Source: a virus
Lineage: Duplodnaviria > Heunggongvirae > Uroviricota > Caudoviricetes
Direction: 5' to 3' (one strand)
IMG/VR virus record: IMGVR_UViG_3300018481_000002
Span: 87,199 to 147,685 of that record
DNA: 60,487 nucleotides
Part shown: positions 44,477-55,203 of the stretch, in pieces
How the letters are laid out: every line of letters starts with the position of its first letter
Position numbering within the stretch: position 1 is the first letter of the stretch
Translations under genes and position numbers: made by a program
Notes under the pieces: model-generated
Seen by the model: the letters and a program-made list of their open reading frames with translations, nothing else
What the model was told of the DNA's origin: nothing
Databases searched by the model: none

Positions 44477-46797
44477 GAGTTGTACCGGTCGCGATGACCG
44501 ACGCATGGAAGGCCGAAGACAAGACCGGCGACCAGCGTCCGATCGTTCGCGCCACCATCAGCCAGGTCAAGCTGAAGAGGTTCCCCTACGACACACGCTG
44601 GGCTCCGGGTGGTGACATCGACTGGGAGGAAGCGAAGAACCGCACCGGGTACTTCACGACCCTCCTGTTTGGTGTTGACCAGGAGGTCCGAGAGATTCGA
44701 AACATCCGTTCATATGGGTGGAGTCGGTCCACGGAGAACGATGTCGCTGAGTGCACCCTCACGATCTTGAACACTGAGGTGAGCCCGTTGGGCATCCAGG
44801 AGCGTGAGGAACACGAAGGTGACTTCGACATGCCTGGCTTCTTCTCCCCCAACCGAGGCGGTGCTGAGGCCGTGTCTCGTTGGGGGTACGTCGCATCGGG
44901 TTGGGAGGAGCTCTACATCCCTGACCGGATCGTGAAGACCTACGAGGGTTACGGCATCGACACCAACGTGGCCCCTGGCTTGGACGAGAACCTCATGCAG
45001 TCCGGCACATGGCTGATCGACCGGGTGAACATGACCGCTACCGGGGACATCGTGTTGAGCATGCGTGACCTCGGTCGGCTGCTCATCGACCAGGTTGTGT
45101 TCCCGCCCGTGATCCCTTACGAGGAGTACCCGCTCTACTGGTCGAAGATCCGTAGCGAGATGGTTCCCGCCAGGGCTCCCACAGGTGGCTCCTGGTCGGG
45201 GAAGTTGGTCGACAAGGGGACCGCTAGCTCGTCCAACGACTACTACGACATCGAACTGGACCCCACTACCGGCAGGAACTATGTCGATGAGAACGGTGGC
45301 GTCCATGGGCACTTCGCCAAGGATGCAGTCACCGCCCTCACCAGCGGGAACGCCGTCGACCCCGACGATCCTGAGCCGTACTGGCTGTCCACAGGCCAGG
45401 AGACCCGATGGAGCAAGGTTTGGTGGGAGTTCGAGTTCAACAACCCACGGGATCTCGCTGCTCTCAGGTTGTCGGTGGTGGGTGGTCCCTACCGGATGTA
45501 TGTGTCACTTCAGAATGAAGATGGAGAGTGGGTTGGTCCCAAGCGGATCCCCTACAACGTCACCACGAAGGATGTGGACGTCGAGGCTGGCAAGAAGCAG
45601 ATCCTGAACAAGGTGGCCGACCGTGCGAAGAAGTTCGATGTCGTCTTCAAGAAGGTGTACGCCGACATCAAGAAGGTGCGGCTCACCTTCACCCGTCTGT
45701 GGGACAGCCGTACCTCCATCGACTACCCGTGGCGTGCTGGACTGAAGAACATCGAGGTCTACTGGGGCGACAAGCCCGACATGGGGTTCGGGATGGGCGA
45801 GGTCGCGAGGGTCCTGGGTAACTACAAGGACTACACCGACATCGTGAAATGGACGTGTGCCTGGGGTGGGTTCTTCTGGCCTGGGCATGGCACCGAAGAT
45901 GTCGATGGTGACGCCCGTGAGGACTACATCAGGCTCGGATGGACCTCACCTGGCAGCGGAGTCAACCTCAAGCGGTGGGTCAAGTGGGCCAGCCCTGACT
46001 CCAGGATGGCCAAGGGACGAGTCTGGGGTGACTTCATGCAGACCGGCACCGCTGGACTCGTGGATCTGACGGTGGACCTGTTCGACAAGCAACCGCTGCT
46101 GGACATCATCAGCTACGTCCGTGACATCACCGGATTTCTGTTCTTCATCGATGAGCAGGGCGCAGCTATCTGGCGGATGCCGAACATCTTCAAGCACGGC
46201 AACTACCTGTCCCCTTCGTCGCTGGGTGCACCCACTCGTGCCCGGTCTTCGTCGTTCGTGACCATCGATGAGAACGAGACGTTGCTCGACTGGAGTGTGG
46301 AGATCTCCTCGGAGTCCAACCGTGAGGTCATCTTCGTCGCGAACTTGGTGGGTGACTACGGGGTCGCGGTGACCGGCTACGCGCCTGCGAACGCTGGGCT
46401 TCGGCGTACCGCTGGGTGGACGGACACCCACTTCGCCTCCAAGCAGGAGTGTCGGATCCTGGCTGACATGATCGCCACCCGTCAGATGCACGCCTACCGT
46501 AGAGGGAAGCTTCGTATCCCGGGCTACCCGGCGATCCAGATCGATGACCAGGTCCGGATCTTTGAACGGGTGACGGGTGAGACGTACTTCCACTACGTCC
46601 TGGGTGTCGACTGTGAGCTGAACATGGAGACCGGCGAGTGGTACTACGATTTGGAGACCCACTGGCTCGGTGAAGATCCGTCTTCGCTGGTGGTGGAGAC
46701 TACCGCCTTGGCCACCACCACCCAGAACTACTTGAACGAACTGGGGATGGACGACGCCAACAACGGCGTGGAGTCCAGTGTGGAGGATCAGACGTGA
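44473..46797 (+). CDS. Baseplate hub / tail tip protein
   Basis: 774 aa; C-terminal IPGYPAIQIDDQVRI pattern typical of hub proteins; synteny. Confidence 0.7.
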   Translation: MRVVPVAMTDAWKAEDKTGDQRPIVRATISQVKLKRFPYDTRWAPGGDIDWEEAKNRTGYFTTLLFGVDQEVREIRNIRSYGWSRSTENDVAECTLTILNTEVSPLGIQEREEHEGDFDMPGFFSPNRGGAEAVSRWGYVASGWEELYIPDRIVKTYEGYGIDTNVAPGLDENLMQSGTWLIDRVNMTATGDIVLSMRDLGRLLIDQVVFPPVIPYEEYPLYWSKIRSEMVPARAPTGGSWSGKLVDKGTASSSNDYYDIELDPTTGRNYVDENGGVHGHFAKDAVTALTSGNAVDPDDPEPYWLSTGQETRWSKVWWEFEFNNPRDLAALRLSVVGGPYRMYVSLQNEDGEWVGPKRIPYNVTTKDVDVEAGKKQILNKVADRAKKFDVVFKKVYADIKKVRLTFTRLWDSRTSIDYPWRAGLKNIEVYWGDKPDMGFGMGEVARVLGNYKDYTDIVKWTCAWGGFFWPGHGTEDVDGDAREDYIRLGWTSPGSGVNLKRWVKWASPDSRMAKGRVWGDFMQTGTAGLVDLTVDLFDKQPLLDIISYVRDITGFLFFIDEQGAAIWRMPNIFKHGNYLSPSSLGAPTRARSSSFVTIDENETLLDWSVEISSESNREVIFVANLVGDYGVAVTGYAPANAGLRRTAGWTDTHFASKQECRILADMIATRQMHAYRRGKLRIPGYPAIQIDDQVRIFERVTGETYFHYVLGVDCELNMETGEWYYDLETHWLGEDPSSLVVETTALATTTQNYLNELGMDDANNGVESSVEDQT

Positions 46798-47195
46798 ATC
46801 GGACTGAGGAAGCCCGCCGCGCTGCATTGAACCGCAACGCCGAGAACAAGGCTCGCATGGCGTTCGCTAGTGGAACCTTCTTCTGTGACGGCGAGGGCTT
46901 GGCCGAGTTCGAAGATGCCATCGAGTTCGGGCTTGCCTTTCTTGAACGTCCGTTTGTTTTCACTGGCGTCAACTTCGACTTGGATCTCTTCGACCTGGAT
47001 GACGGCTTCACTCCGCCCCACATCACCGCGTATGTCGTCGATTGGGAGGTCAACGAGCAGGGCTTCTACACAGCCGCCTGGTGTGCAGCACTTGTGGAGT
47101 GGGGTTTTGCCCCCACGCCTGAGGGTGAGTTTGAGATCGACTTCACGTTCCGGGGGATCGCCATGAAGGACGTGGATCCTGAGGTGCGCGCCTGA
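46794..47195 (+). CDS. Minor tail protein
   Basis: Coupled to the hub gene; YVVDW...FYTAAW beta pattern. Confidence 0.6.
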   Translation: MNRTEEARRAALNRNAENKARMAFASGTFFCDGEGLAEFEDAIEFGLAFLERPFVFTGVNFDLDLFDLDDGFTPPHITAYVVDWEVNEQGFYTAAWCAALVEWGFAPTPEGEFEIDFTFRGIAMKDVDPEVRA

Positions 47196-48490
47196 TGGTT
47201 ACCAAGATCCTCCGACCCACTGGGACCCTCACACTGAACACACCGGGTCCCATCAACGTCGTGGGCACCACTCCGGTAGGTGACGACGATTTTGACACCT
47301 ACATGGATTTCGAGCCCCACGTTGCAGCTACGACTGTCGGTCTGGAGCCGTTGGTCGGCTACGAGCTTGGGGACCCGATCAGGCTCTACGTGCAACTCTC
47401 CGTAGAGGAGTCCGAGCCGGGGTTTGCAGGCACTGGTGAGTTCTTCATTGCCACCGACGCTGGGCAGTCCAACAACGAGATCGCCGGGTTCTCGGACGGA
47501 TCCGGTTCGGGCTACGCCTTCGGCATCGGCCTGGAGGTCCAGGGCTCGCTGATCGTCAAGAACCTCAACCTCACGCCGTTCGGCACGACCATGGCCGAGC
47601 TGGTGGAGGCGTTGGAAGACGGCGCGTTCCTCGACTTCAACTCGTTCTCTTGGCTGGAAGGGTCGATCCCCCCGGTGTTCCGCGTCTATGACGTGTGGAT
47701 CCAGGTTGGTGAGGATGAGGAGTACGTCCCGCTTGTTGAGGGTTTCGAGAATGCTGCCACTGGTGCGGTACTCAACACCACCAACACTGACATCCACCAC
47801 TTCAGTCATATCCCCGCCCAGATTTTCGCGGCGTCCGCGCCCCGTCACTCGGGGGCGCGGGCGATGAGCGCTATGAGTGGAACCTTCGAGGACTTCCTGT
47901 ACGGCTACGAAGACGGTGGAACTCATCCGATCTATGGGAAGCGGGATGTCTTTCAGTGGTGGTGGTTCCGGTGGGACGACGAAGATGTCGAGGTCGTTCC
48001 TCATGACGAAAACTGGGGCATGTGGTTCACCACGATTGGGACCACTCCAGGTGACGCTGAGTATGAGATTTTCCGTGTCGTGACGGCACCCAGTAACGAG
48101 GATCCGGAAGACCCCACGACGGAGGATCATGTCCGTAGGTTCTCCTTCGAGTCACCTGAGTCAGACGCTCCGGTGTACCAGAAGTTCTTTACCATCCCTC
48201 GGTTGACTTGGGTGAAGTTCGAGATGCAGTTCACGAAGTCGGATGGTGATTGTCGACTGCGAGTCGTTAATGACGCAGATGCGGTTTATCTCGATCACAC
48301 TTGGGATTGGCCCAGTCCTGTGTCCACCGATCTGGCGTTCGCTTTCCATCAGTGGCACATCGACAATTTCGACTTCGGTGCGCCTTACGGCTTGTACTAC
48401 ACGTGGTACGACGACTTCAACATTCTCACTGAGGTCTCTGTCGAGGGAAACCTTGGCCGAACCCACAGCGACTTCCTGAGTAGGCGATGA
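47195..48490 (+). CDS. Minor tail / receptor-binding-like protein
   Basis: 431 aa, acidic and beta-rich. Confidence 0.6.
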   Translation: MVTKILRPTGTLTLNTPGPINVVGTTPVGDDDFDTYMDFEPHVAATTVGLEPLVGYELGDPIRLYVQLSVEESEPGFAGTGEFFIATDAGQSNNEIAGFSDGSGSGYAFGIGLEVQGSLIVKNLNLTPFGTTMAELVEALEDGAFLDFNSFSWLEGSIPPVFRVYDVWIQVGEDEEYVPLVEGFENAATGAVLNTTNTDIHHFSHIPAQIFAASAPRHSGARAMSAMSGTFEDFLYGYEDGGTHPIYGKRDVFQWWWFRWDDEDVEVVPHDENWGMWFTTIGTTPGDAEYEIFRVVTAPSNEDPEDPTTEDHVRRFSFESPESDAPVYQKFFTIPRLTWVKFEMQFTKSDGDCRLRVVNDADAVYLDHTWDWPSPVSTDLAFAFHQWHIDNFDFGAPYGLYYTWYDDFNILTEVSVEGNLGRTHSDFLSRR

Positions 48491-48515
48491 TGAACATGAG
48501 TGAAGGAGCAACCTG

Positions 48516-49403
48516 ATGGCTCGCATCCGTGCGGACTTCGTCTTCGGGACGACAACCGCTGGTATCGATGATGATGACACCACGCTGGCGTCTGCGGAGC
48601 TGGCTCGCTTGCCCGCAGTGGCGTCTCCGCACTATGCCGTGTTGACTCTGCACGACGCCGGTACTGGTGACTACGAGATCGTGTATGTCACCGCTCACAC
48701 CGCGTCTGCCACTTCCGCCACGATCACTCGCGGTGAAGAAGGGTCAACGGCACAGTCCTGGGCATCGGATGCAAAGTGGGTACATGGTCCTACCGCCCTC
48801 GATGCGACCAGTGGTGTCCTTGGGATTCCCACGTTGGTAGGTGTGTCTACTCCTCACTACGCCACCAACAACACGTCTACTGTCAACCTGCCCACTGGGC
48901 TTGAAGATGGTGACATTCTCGTTGGATTCACTGCGTCGAAGGACGCCTCATTGTGGGGTTCCGGGGCACCAGGGGGTTGGAAGCTCCTCGCCAGGACAAC
49001 CAACACGTGGGGTGACTCGGCGGTTCTTGTTCGTAGTGCCTTGGCTACCGACAGCGGTGACCCGGCTGTCTTCACGTTCGACAACAACTGCACTCACAGT
49101 GCTCATGTTGCGGCGATTCGTGGTGCGACACTGGCTGACTTCGGGGCCTACACCACTATCAACACTGATGTCGGTAGCGTGCAACCGGACGGGCTGAGGG
49201 GTGGGAAGGCGATCTTGGGGTTCCATGCCTCCTATGCGGGTGGTGCGACTCTGACGGGTCCGAACACTGCGCTCAGCAGTATCGATGAGGCAGGCCACGA
49301 ATCTGCGATGTACCTAGAGGTGCGTGATTTTGGGGTGGGATCCATTCTCATGTCCAACTCACCGGCAACCAAGATGGCCTACGCGGCACTAGTGATGCAG
49401 TGA
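48516..49403 (+). CDS. Minor tail protein
   Basis: YEIVYVTAH...ATITRGEEGSTAQSW motif; GGAG RBS. Confidence 0.65.
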   Translation: MARIRADFVFGTTTAGIDDDDTTLASAELARLPAVASPHYAVLTLHDAGTGDYEIVYVTAHTASATSATITRGEEGSTAQSWASDAKWVHGPTALDATSGVLGIPTLVGVSTPHYATNNTSTVNLPTGLEDGDILVGFTASKDASLWGSGAPGGWKLLARTTNTWGDSAVLVRSALATDSGDPAVFTFDNNCTHSAHVAAIRGATLADFGAYTTINTDVGSVQPDGLRGGKAILGFHASYAGGATLTGPNTALSSIDEAGHESAMYLEVRDFGVGSILMSNSPATKMAYAALVMQ

Positions 49404-49418
49404 CGGGGTGAAGCGAAC

Positions 49419-50150
49419 GTGACCTACGCCGGAACCACCTATGGAGGCTCTCCTTACTCAGGTTTCATGGAGGAGGCGGAGGATACAATCGCGGCCGCAA
49501 CCGGCACCGCCGAACTGACCCTCAGCGGCCTCGGTGGCGGATCTGCGCTCTACCTCAGCGACGACTACAACCGCACAAACAACGCCACCACTCCTGGTTC
49601 GCCTCTCGTGGGCGGCCCCTATACGGTCGTGACGGGCGTCTTCGGAATCAACACCAACGCCCTCTACACAACCACCACGGCAACCACCAACCACTTGACC
49701 TTCCCAGGTGCAGTGAACGTGGACATGACGTTCACCCTCAACGTCTTCAGCGCCTCAGGTGCTGGAGTGATCTACCGATACGTCGACGCCAGCAACTACT
49801 GGACATATCTTCTGACTGCTAACGAAGTGGTCTTCCAACGGAACTCGGCGGGGACCTTCGTAAACGTTAACCGAAGCGGTGTGATCCAGACGTTCCTCAC
49901 AACCGACACCTTCAGGGTGGAGGCCCGGAACAACATGATGTACGGCTACTTCAACGGCAGACTGGTACTCACACAGAAGGATCACTACTACGGCAACGGA
50001 GCAACCACGATGGGTGTCGTCCTTCGGAACACCGCAGTCCGCTTCAACGGCCTCACCGTGATTGGTGCCGACAGCACGTTGCCCGTTGCGGATGGTTTTC
50101 TCTACCGGGGGCGGGCCACCAAGGCCGACGATGTGGCAGGAGTTGCCTGA
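49419..50150 (+). CDS. Minor tail protein, lectin-like
   Basis: SDDYNR...FRYVDASNYW...FRVEAR beta-sandwich pattern. Confidence 0.6.
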   Translation: MTYAGTTYGGSPYSGFMEEAEDTIAAATGTAELTLSGLGGGSALYLSDDYNRTNNATTPGSPLVGGPYTVVTGVFGINTNALYTTTTATTNHLTFPGAVNVDMTFTLNVFSASGAGVIYRYVDASNYWTYLLTANEVVFQRNSAGTFVNVNRSGVIQTFLTTDTFRVEARNNMMYGYFNGRLVLTQKDHYYGNGATTMGVVLRNTAVRFNGLTVIGADSTLPVADGFLYRGRATKADDVAGVA

Positions 50151-51082
50151 TGGCGACCGCGTACACCGAGTTCGACTGCCTCGGTACTGACCTGATGACC
50201 AACCTGACATCGGCGATCCTCGCTTCGGGAGACTGGTCTCGACCGAACAGCGGCAGCCTTCCCACCTTGTTCACTGCCACCACCACCCGTGGCGCTCAGA
50301 TGGCACTCGACCTGAACACCACCGCGTTCACCGTGTCGCTGATCAACGCCACCTTCTACCGTTCGCATGACGGGACCACAGCTGTTGACGGCGTGACCCG
50401 TTTCCTTCGCCACAAGACGGGCGCGACCGGATCCCTGGCAGCCAACACGTACCACGGCATCGTCAGCGCAGGAAAGGAACACCTGTTCATTTCCGTTGAG
50501 GGTCCTCGGATCGGTGAAGCCAACCCGGACAGCGCAACCGTTGGCAGCAACCGCATGTACTTCTTCATGAGCGATCTGGTCCCGTACTTCCCCGCAGACA
50601 CCACTCCGACCATCGTCTCTTTCGGAGCTACCGCGAACGCTGCCGGAGCGACCTGGTTGACGCACGGCATGGCTTGGGCTCACCGAAACGGTGCTAACAC
50701 CACGTCTTGGCAGCCTGGGAAGGTCATCTCTTTGGACTGGCCCAACGGAAACTCGGCCTCACTGCACCTGAACTCGCGCCTTGAGGCCAGCCTCGATGGA
50801 GACGATCAGCAGCACTGGCCCTACCTGTACGTCGACAACACCGAGGGCCTTCGAGGGCGGCTGTCGTCGTTCTTCTACCTGGGCTACAACTACGCCACCA
50901 CCCTTGACGTACCGGTCCCTCAGGAAGGCCAGATCGTCACCATCGACGGCCTGCAGTACAAGGCGCTGGCGGTTCACAAGGGCGACGCGAACGTCAACAC
51001 CTACGGTGCCTTCGGTGGTGCAGTAACCTCCACTTCTGTCACCTACTGGGTTTCTCCCATCATCGCTGTCCCATACGCGTAG
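50150..51082 (+). CDS. Minor tail protein
   Basis: 310 aa, TGATG-coupled. Confidence 0.6.
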   Translation: MATAYTEFDCLGTDLMTNLTSAILASGDWSRPNSGSLPTLFTATTTRGAQMALDLNTTAFTVSLINATFYRSHDGTTAVDGVTRFLRHKTGATGSLAANTYHGIVSAGKEHLFISVEGPRIGEANPDSATVGSNRMYFFMSDLVPYFPADTTPTIVSFGATANAAGATWLTHGMAWAHRNGANTTSWQPGKVISLDWPNGNSASLHLNSRLEASLDGDDQQHWPYLYVDNTEGLRGRLSSFFYLGYNYATTLDVPVPQEGQIVTIDGLQYKALAVHKGDANVNTYGAFGGAVTSTSVTYWVSPIIAVPYA

Positions 51083-51088
51083 GCCGCT

Positions 51089-52729
51089 ATGGCTAAGCGT
51101 CTGTATCTGCCGAGGACCTACCTCTCTGCGATCTCCCCCTCCTCGTGGGACGCGACCTGGCACCTCACTGCCGGTGTCACCGTCAACCGGGCTGTCATGC
51201 ACCCGGTCGGGGACACCACTGCCTACCTCCTCCGACCCAAGAGCGTCGCTGATAACCCCACCAGGATCTTGGTTGCGGCGTGGGTCACCGACCCGCTCGC
51301 CGCAGGCACCATCGACGGGACGCTGACCTGGGCTGTTGCCCACCGGGCCTCCAACAACCTCTCCAACGACTTTCCCAGGATCATCGTCCGACTCATGTCG
51401 AACGACCTCACGGTGGAGAGAGCCGTGCTCGCCACCGATCAGTCGGCTAGCGAGTCGGGAATCGCTGGTGAAGGTGTCCACATCGACCTGAACCCGACGC
51501 TGGCGTCGACGTCCATCACAGCGGGCGACCGCATCGTGATCGAAGCCGGTGGATCCCAAGCTCAAACATCCGCTGACTCGTCTCACTACAGCCACGTCTG
51601 GGCTGGAAGCCCTGCCTACACGTACAAGAAGGGCGACCCAGCGAACGCGGCTGGCGACTTCCAGTTCACCACCGAGTACGTCTCTGCGACGAACCGACCC
51701 TGGGTGGAGTTCTCCGCTGACCTGACGTTCATCACGTACCCACCCGAGCGTCTTGGGCGTACGGGCACCGACACCACGCTTACTTTCACTTGGGATCCGT
51801 CCTACCAGGGCGACGAACCTGAGGGGTACGAGGTCCGCATCGATGGTGGAACGGCCATCGATGTGGGGACGGATCTCTTCTACGAGTTCACCGGCCTAAC
51901 CGAGTCGACCCACTACCTCTTGGAAGTTCGGGCCTACAACGACGCCGGGACCACAGCCTGGTCAGTTATCCACGGTGACACCTGGGCTAGTGATTTTGAA
52001 CCCCCGTTTGATTACCGGGGCACCCAAGTTCCGTATACGGGTGTTGTTTGGAAGAGCACCGTCGCGCTCCTCGGCAACGGGTCGCTTACTCTCACGGCTT
52101 CTGGTGTGCAGACGGCCAGCCCTGGCGGATCTGGATCCCTGTCTCTTTCGGGTACTGGTGTTGGACGCGGTGCCCCAACCGGCCAAGCAAATCTGACCCT
52201 TACTGGAACTGGAGCGGTTCGCTCCCCTGCGGCAGCCACTGGTTCGCTGGAACTTTCAGGTAGCGCAGCGGTCGCAGTCCCGAGCGCCGCTACCGCCTCG
52301 CTGAGCCTGTCCGGAACAGCGGCTGTCACCACAGGGGTAACCGGAACTGGCAGCCTGAGCCTCACCGCCACAGGTGCTGCGAGCGATGGTGTTGAAGAGG
52401 CAACCGGTACTGGGTCGCTGGAGCTCACAGGGGCAGCAGCTGTTTCTGCTGGTCCTTCAGGTACCGCGTTCCTGGTTCTGACGGGCGTCAATATCCCCAG
52501 TCCTGTCGACGGAACCGGCAGTCTCGCCCTGTCTGCCACTGGCGTGGCGTTGGCTTCTGTCACGGTCACGGGAACTGGTTCTCTCCAGTTGGCTGGCACT
52601 GGAACAGCTCTGGTGTCTCAACCTGTGACAGGTACCGGCACCTTGGTGCTCTCCGCTGTGGGAACCGTGGCAGAGGGCCCCCACATCAGTAAGGTCCACC
52701 GCAGGGCCAGCGCTTTCGTAGGAGGTTGA
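51089..52729 (+). CDS. Tail fiber/spike-like protein with FN3 domain and Gly/Thr/Ala repeats
   Basis: LTFTWDP...GYEVRIDG...YEFTGLTESTHYLLEVRAYNDAG (FN3); about 10 [GA]TGSLxL[ST]G repeats. Confidence 0.72.
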   Translation: MAKRLYLPRTYLSAISPSSWDATWHLTAGVTVNRAVMHPVGDTTAYLLRPKSVADNPTRILVAAWVTDPLAAGTIDGTLTWAVAHRASNNLSNDFPRIIVRLMSNDLTVERAVLATDQSASESGIAGEGVHIDLNPTLASTSITAGDRIVIEAGGSQAQTSADSSHYSHVWAGSPAYTYKKGDPANAAGDFQFTTEYVSATNRPWVEFSADLTFITYPPERLGRTGTDTTLTFTWDPSYQGDEPEGYEVRIDGGTAIDVGTDLFYEFTGLTESTHYLLEVRAYNDAGTTAWSVIHGDTWASDFEPPFDYRGTQVPYTGVVWKSTVALLGNGSLTLTASGVQTASPGGSGSLSLSGTGVGRGAPTGQANLTLTGTGAVRSPAAATGSLELSGSAAVAVPSAATASLSLSGTAAVTTGVTGTGSLSLTATGAASDGVEEATGTGSLELTGAAAVSAGPSGTAFLVLTGVNIPSPVDGTGSLALSATGVALASVTVTGTGSLQLAGTGTALVSQPVTGTGTLVLSAVGTVAEGPHISKVHRRASAFVGG

Positions 52730-52730
52730 G

Positions 52731-53957
52731 ATGGCACTGCTGCCGTGGAACGAACCGATTCACCTTGGGGCGGACGATGACATGAAGCAGTACGAGGTCG
52801 AAGGGGATATGTGCCTCCTGCCCAGCGGCATCATCATCGTAATGGTGCAGGAGAGTGGTTGGTATCGCACTCCGATGTGGGCCATCAGACCAACCTCGCC
52901 ACCAACGGTTGGGCCGATGTGTTTCTCAGGAAACCAGTACGGCGAAGAAGACGGCGGCTTCGAGATCCACTTCGACGACATCAACTTCGCAGTTCCGTGT
53001 GGAGAGAACACCTTCGCCATCATGGGGGAGGCGGCCAGTGGCCCGGACTTCGACAATGGGGCGGTAGCCATCATTTTGGACGTGGATCCAGATACTTTGG
53101 TGATCACCCAGCGAGTGGTCGTCAAGGCACCATGGACCGAGTACTACTCGGATGAGTGCAACGCCGCGACGTGGCAGGGCGACAAAGTGGTGATCATGCC
53201 AGCCCAGATCGGCATCACCTCCGGTGGTGCTCGACTGGGTATCGTGACTGCCAGTGGCGGCTTCTCCACGCTCGACGTGATCTACGAAGAGTCCCCATCT
53301 GCACGTCCTGGCACCTTCACTGTGGTGGGTGACCGTGGCCTGTTCGCCAAGAGTGACGGTACCGAGTTGTATGGCTTTGATCTTCCCGGTGGCGGTGGGG
53401 TCAACTCAGTGCCGTGGCCCGGTTGGGGGTCATGGAGCGACCAGTCGTGCCCCTTGGACGATGGCACCGCTGCCTTCTTGATCAGCAAGATTCCCGGCAC
53501 TGGTGGCTCTTCGGCACACAGTCAGCCTTGGGTCCTGATCGTGGATCCAGTAAGTCTGGAGATCTTGCATGAGTACTCGTTGCCCTTCTTTGCACGCGAG
53601 ATCGGATTCACGGGTGGCTGGTACTCAAACGTTCGTTCCATCAGTCAGCTGCCGGACGGAAACCTCCTCGTTGGGTTGGTCGTCGGGTCGAACTACTTCG
53701 TCCATGTGTTCGAGATCGATGGCACCTCGGTCGTACACCAGGAGGTGGTTCCGGACTTCTCAGGCTCTTTCGGTGCGAACACCTTCGTGTACCAGGCCGT
53801 TCCTACCGGTCTACCCAATGGGATCGCGGTGATGAAGATCCATCAGCGTGGGGATGGCCTGTACGGAGCCTGGTACACCCAGACCTACAGGGGCGTCGCC
53901 AACGGGCGGCTTGACCGCACGGAGCGACGGTTTGTGCACAGGGCGGACCGGGACTAG
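52731..53957 (+). CDS. Beta-propeller-like minor tail / receptor-binding protein
   Basis: 408 aa of repeated short beta strands; last gene of the tail block. Confidence 0.55.
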   Translation: MALLPWNEPIHLGADDDMKQYEVEGDMCLLPSGIIIVMVQESGWYRTPMWAIRPTSPPTVGPMCFSGNQYGEEDGGFEIHFDDINFAVPCGENTFAIMGEAASGPDFDNGAVAIILDVDPDTLVITQRVVVKAPWTEYYSDECNAATWQGDKVVIMPAQIGITSGGARLGIVTASGGFSTLDVIYEESPSARPGTFTVVGDRGLFAKSDGTELYGFDLPGGGGVNSVPWPGWGSWSDQSCPLDDGTAAFLISKIPGTGGSSAHSQPWVLIVDPVSLEILHEYSLPFFAREIGFTGGWYSNVRSISQLPDGNLLVGLVVGSNYFVHVFEIDGTSVVHQEVVPDFSGSFGANTFVYQAVPTGLPNGIAVMKIHQRGDGLYGAWYTQTYRGVANGRLDRTERRFVHRADRD

Positions 53958-53960
53958 GCG

Positions 53961-53988
53961 TTCATCTGGTCTTTCTTGACACCGATGG
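53961..53988 (+). promoter_or_regulatory. Sigma28/WhiG-type late promoter (lysis cassette)
   Basis: TTCATC-N14-ACCGATGG in a 65-bp gap before the holin. Confidence 0.68.
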
Positions 53989-54022
53989 ACCCTAGACTGA
54001 CCCCTTTGAACAGGAGTTTGAA

Positions 54023-54307
54023 ATGGCTGAAAGCAGCAACCCCTTCACTCTGGTGCCCGCGATGGCCCGCAAGTACGTCTACGGGCTGTACGGCGCGGCT
54101 GCTCTCGCCGTCGCCTGTGTGGACGTGGGCTACGGAGCCGCTTCCGCTGCGGACCCGACCTGGCTGGCCGTATCGCAGGCCGTGATCGCGTACCTCGCGG
54201 TCCCTGTCGGTGTGCTGGCCGCGTCCAACACCCCGGCGTCGGCTGCTGAGGTTGCGGAGGCGATCCAAGACGTCCCTCCCAACCCGCCCAACCCCAACGT
54301 GCCCTGA
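54023..54307 (+). CDS. Holin (actinophage type)
   Basis: Two TM segments; ARKYVYG...VLAASNTP; AGGAG RBS. Confidence 0.75.
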   Translation: MAESSNPFTLVPAMARKYVYGLYGAAALAVACVDVGYGAASAADPTWLAVSQAVIAYLAVPVGVLAASNTPASAAEVAEAIQDVPPNPPNPNVP

Positions 54308-54315
54308 GTGTCGAA

Positions 54316-54762
54316 ATGCCCTTCTCCGGTCTGCTGCGATATGCAGACCCGCTGCAAGCTGGGCGGCACCCCTTCCAGACGTACATGTGCTTTCTGTGCG
54401 TCGTGGCTGGGTTCCCGCTCCTCTTCGGCGAGCCCAACGCTGGGTCGGTGGAGGCTTCTCTTCCAGGGTGGATGGCAGCCGCATGGGGTTGTTGTCTGAC
54501 GTTAGGGGCGATTCTGACACTCGTCGGTTCTTACTGGCGGCGTGACTGGTTGGACGCTCTGACCATCGAACGCATCGGCCTTACTGGCGTGGGCGGGGGT
54601 GCGTTCCTGTACGGCTTGATCATCCTGGCTCAGTTCTCGTGGGGCGGCGTCCTCGCTGGGTTCATCGTGCTCGGGTTTGGTCTCGCCTGCCTTAGCAGGT
54701 CCCGTGACATCGGAAAGGTGATCAAGCGCGGTATTCGCCTTAAGGAAGAAGGCCGTCTGTGA
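54316..54762 (+). CDS. 4-TM membrane protein (lysis-associated)
   Basis: Four hydrophobic segments; follows the holin. Confidence 0.7.
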   Translation: MPFSGLLRYADPLQAGRHPFQTYMCFLCVVAGFPLLFGEPNAGSVEASLPGWMAAAWGCCLTLGAILTLVGSYWRRDWLDALTIERIGLTGVGGGAFLYGLIILAQFSWGGVLAGFIVLGFGLACLSRSRDIGKVIKRGIRLKEEGRL

Positions 54763-55103
54763 ACCTGAATCAGGGTCTTGAGCTGATGGTTGCCGTTGGT
54801 CTTGGCGCTGTGTTGGTTGAGGTGCTGCGTGCAATCTTCCAACGCAACAAGGTCAAGGGCGACACTGCTGCGATCCTGTCTGCTGCCGCTCGCGAGTTGG
54901 TTGAACCGCTCCACAACGAACTGGCTCGCGAGCGGCAGGAGCACGCTGCGGACATGCTCATGGAGCGTGAGAAGGTCAAGCAGCTGCGGGTTGAGTTGGA
55001 CGCTGCTCTTGACGACATGAGGACCCTGCGGCGCATGGTGGAGGCCCTGCAAGACGAGAACGCCAAGTACCGTTCCAGGTTCGGTCCTCTCCCCACGGTC
55101 TAG
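54759..55103 (+). CDS. Membrane-anchored coiled-coil protein (lysis-associated)
   Basis: N-terminal TM segment, then heptads; GTGA overlap. Confidence 0.7.
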   Translation: MNLNQGLELMVAVGLGAVLVEVLRAIFQRNKVKGDTAAILSAAARELVEPLHNELARERQEHAADMLMEREKVKQLRVELDAALDDMRTLRRMVEALQDENAKYRSRFGPLPTV

Positions 55104-55111
55104 CCCACGCC

Positions 55112-55203
55112 TGTGGACGGACCTGTGGAGAACACAAATTTTCTGTGGAGAACTGACCGTTTTCCGGAGAACACTTGCGCCTGACGCCCGCCAGAGGTAG
55201 AAC
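55112..55203 (+). repeat. DnaA-box-like direct repeats plus promoter; candidate replication origin
   Basis: TGTGGACGG (55112), TGTGGAGAA (55124 and 55144), TCCGGAGAA (55163); TTGCGC-17-TAGAAC. Confidence 0.5.
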
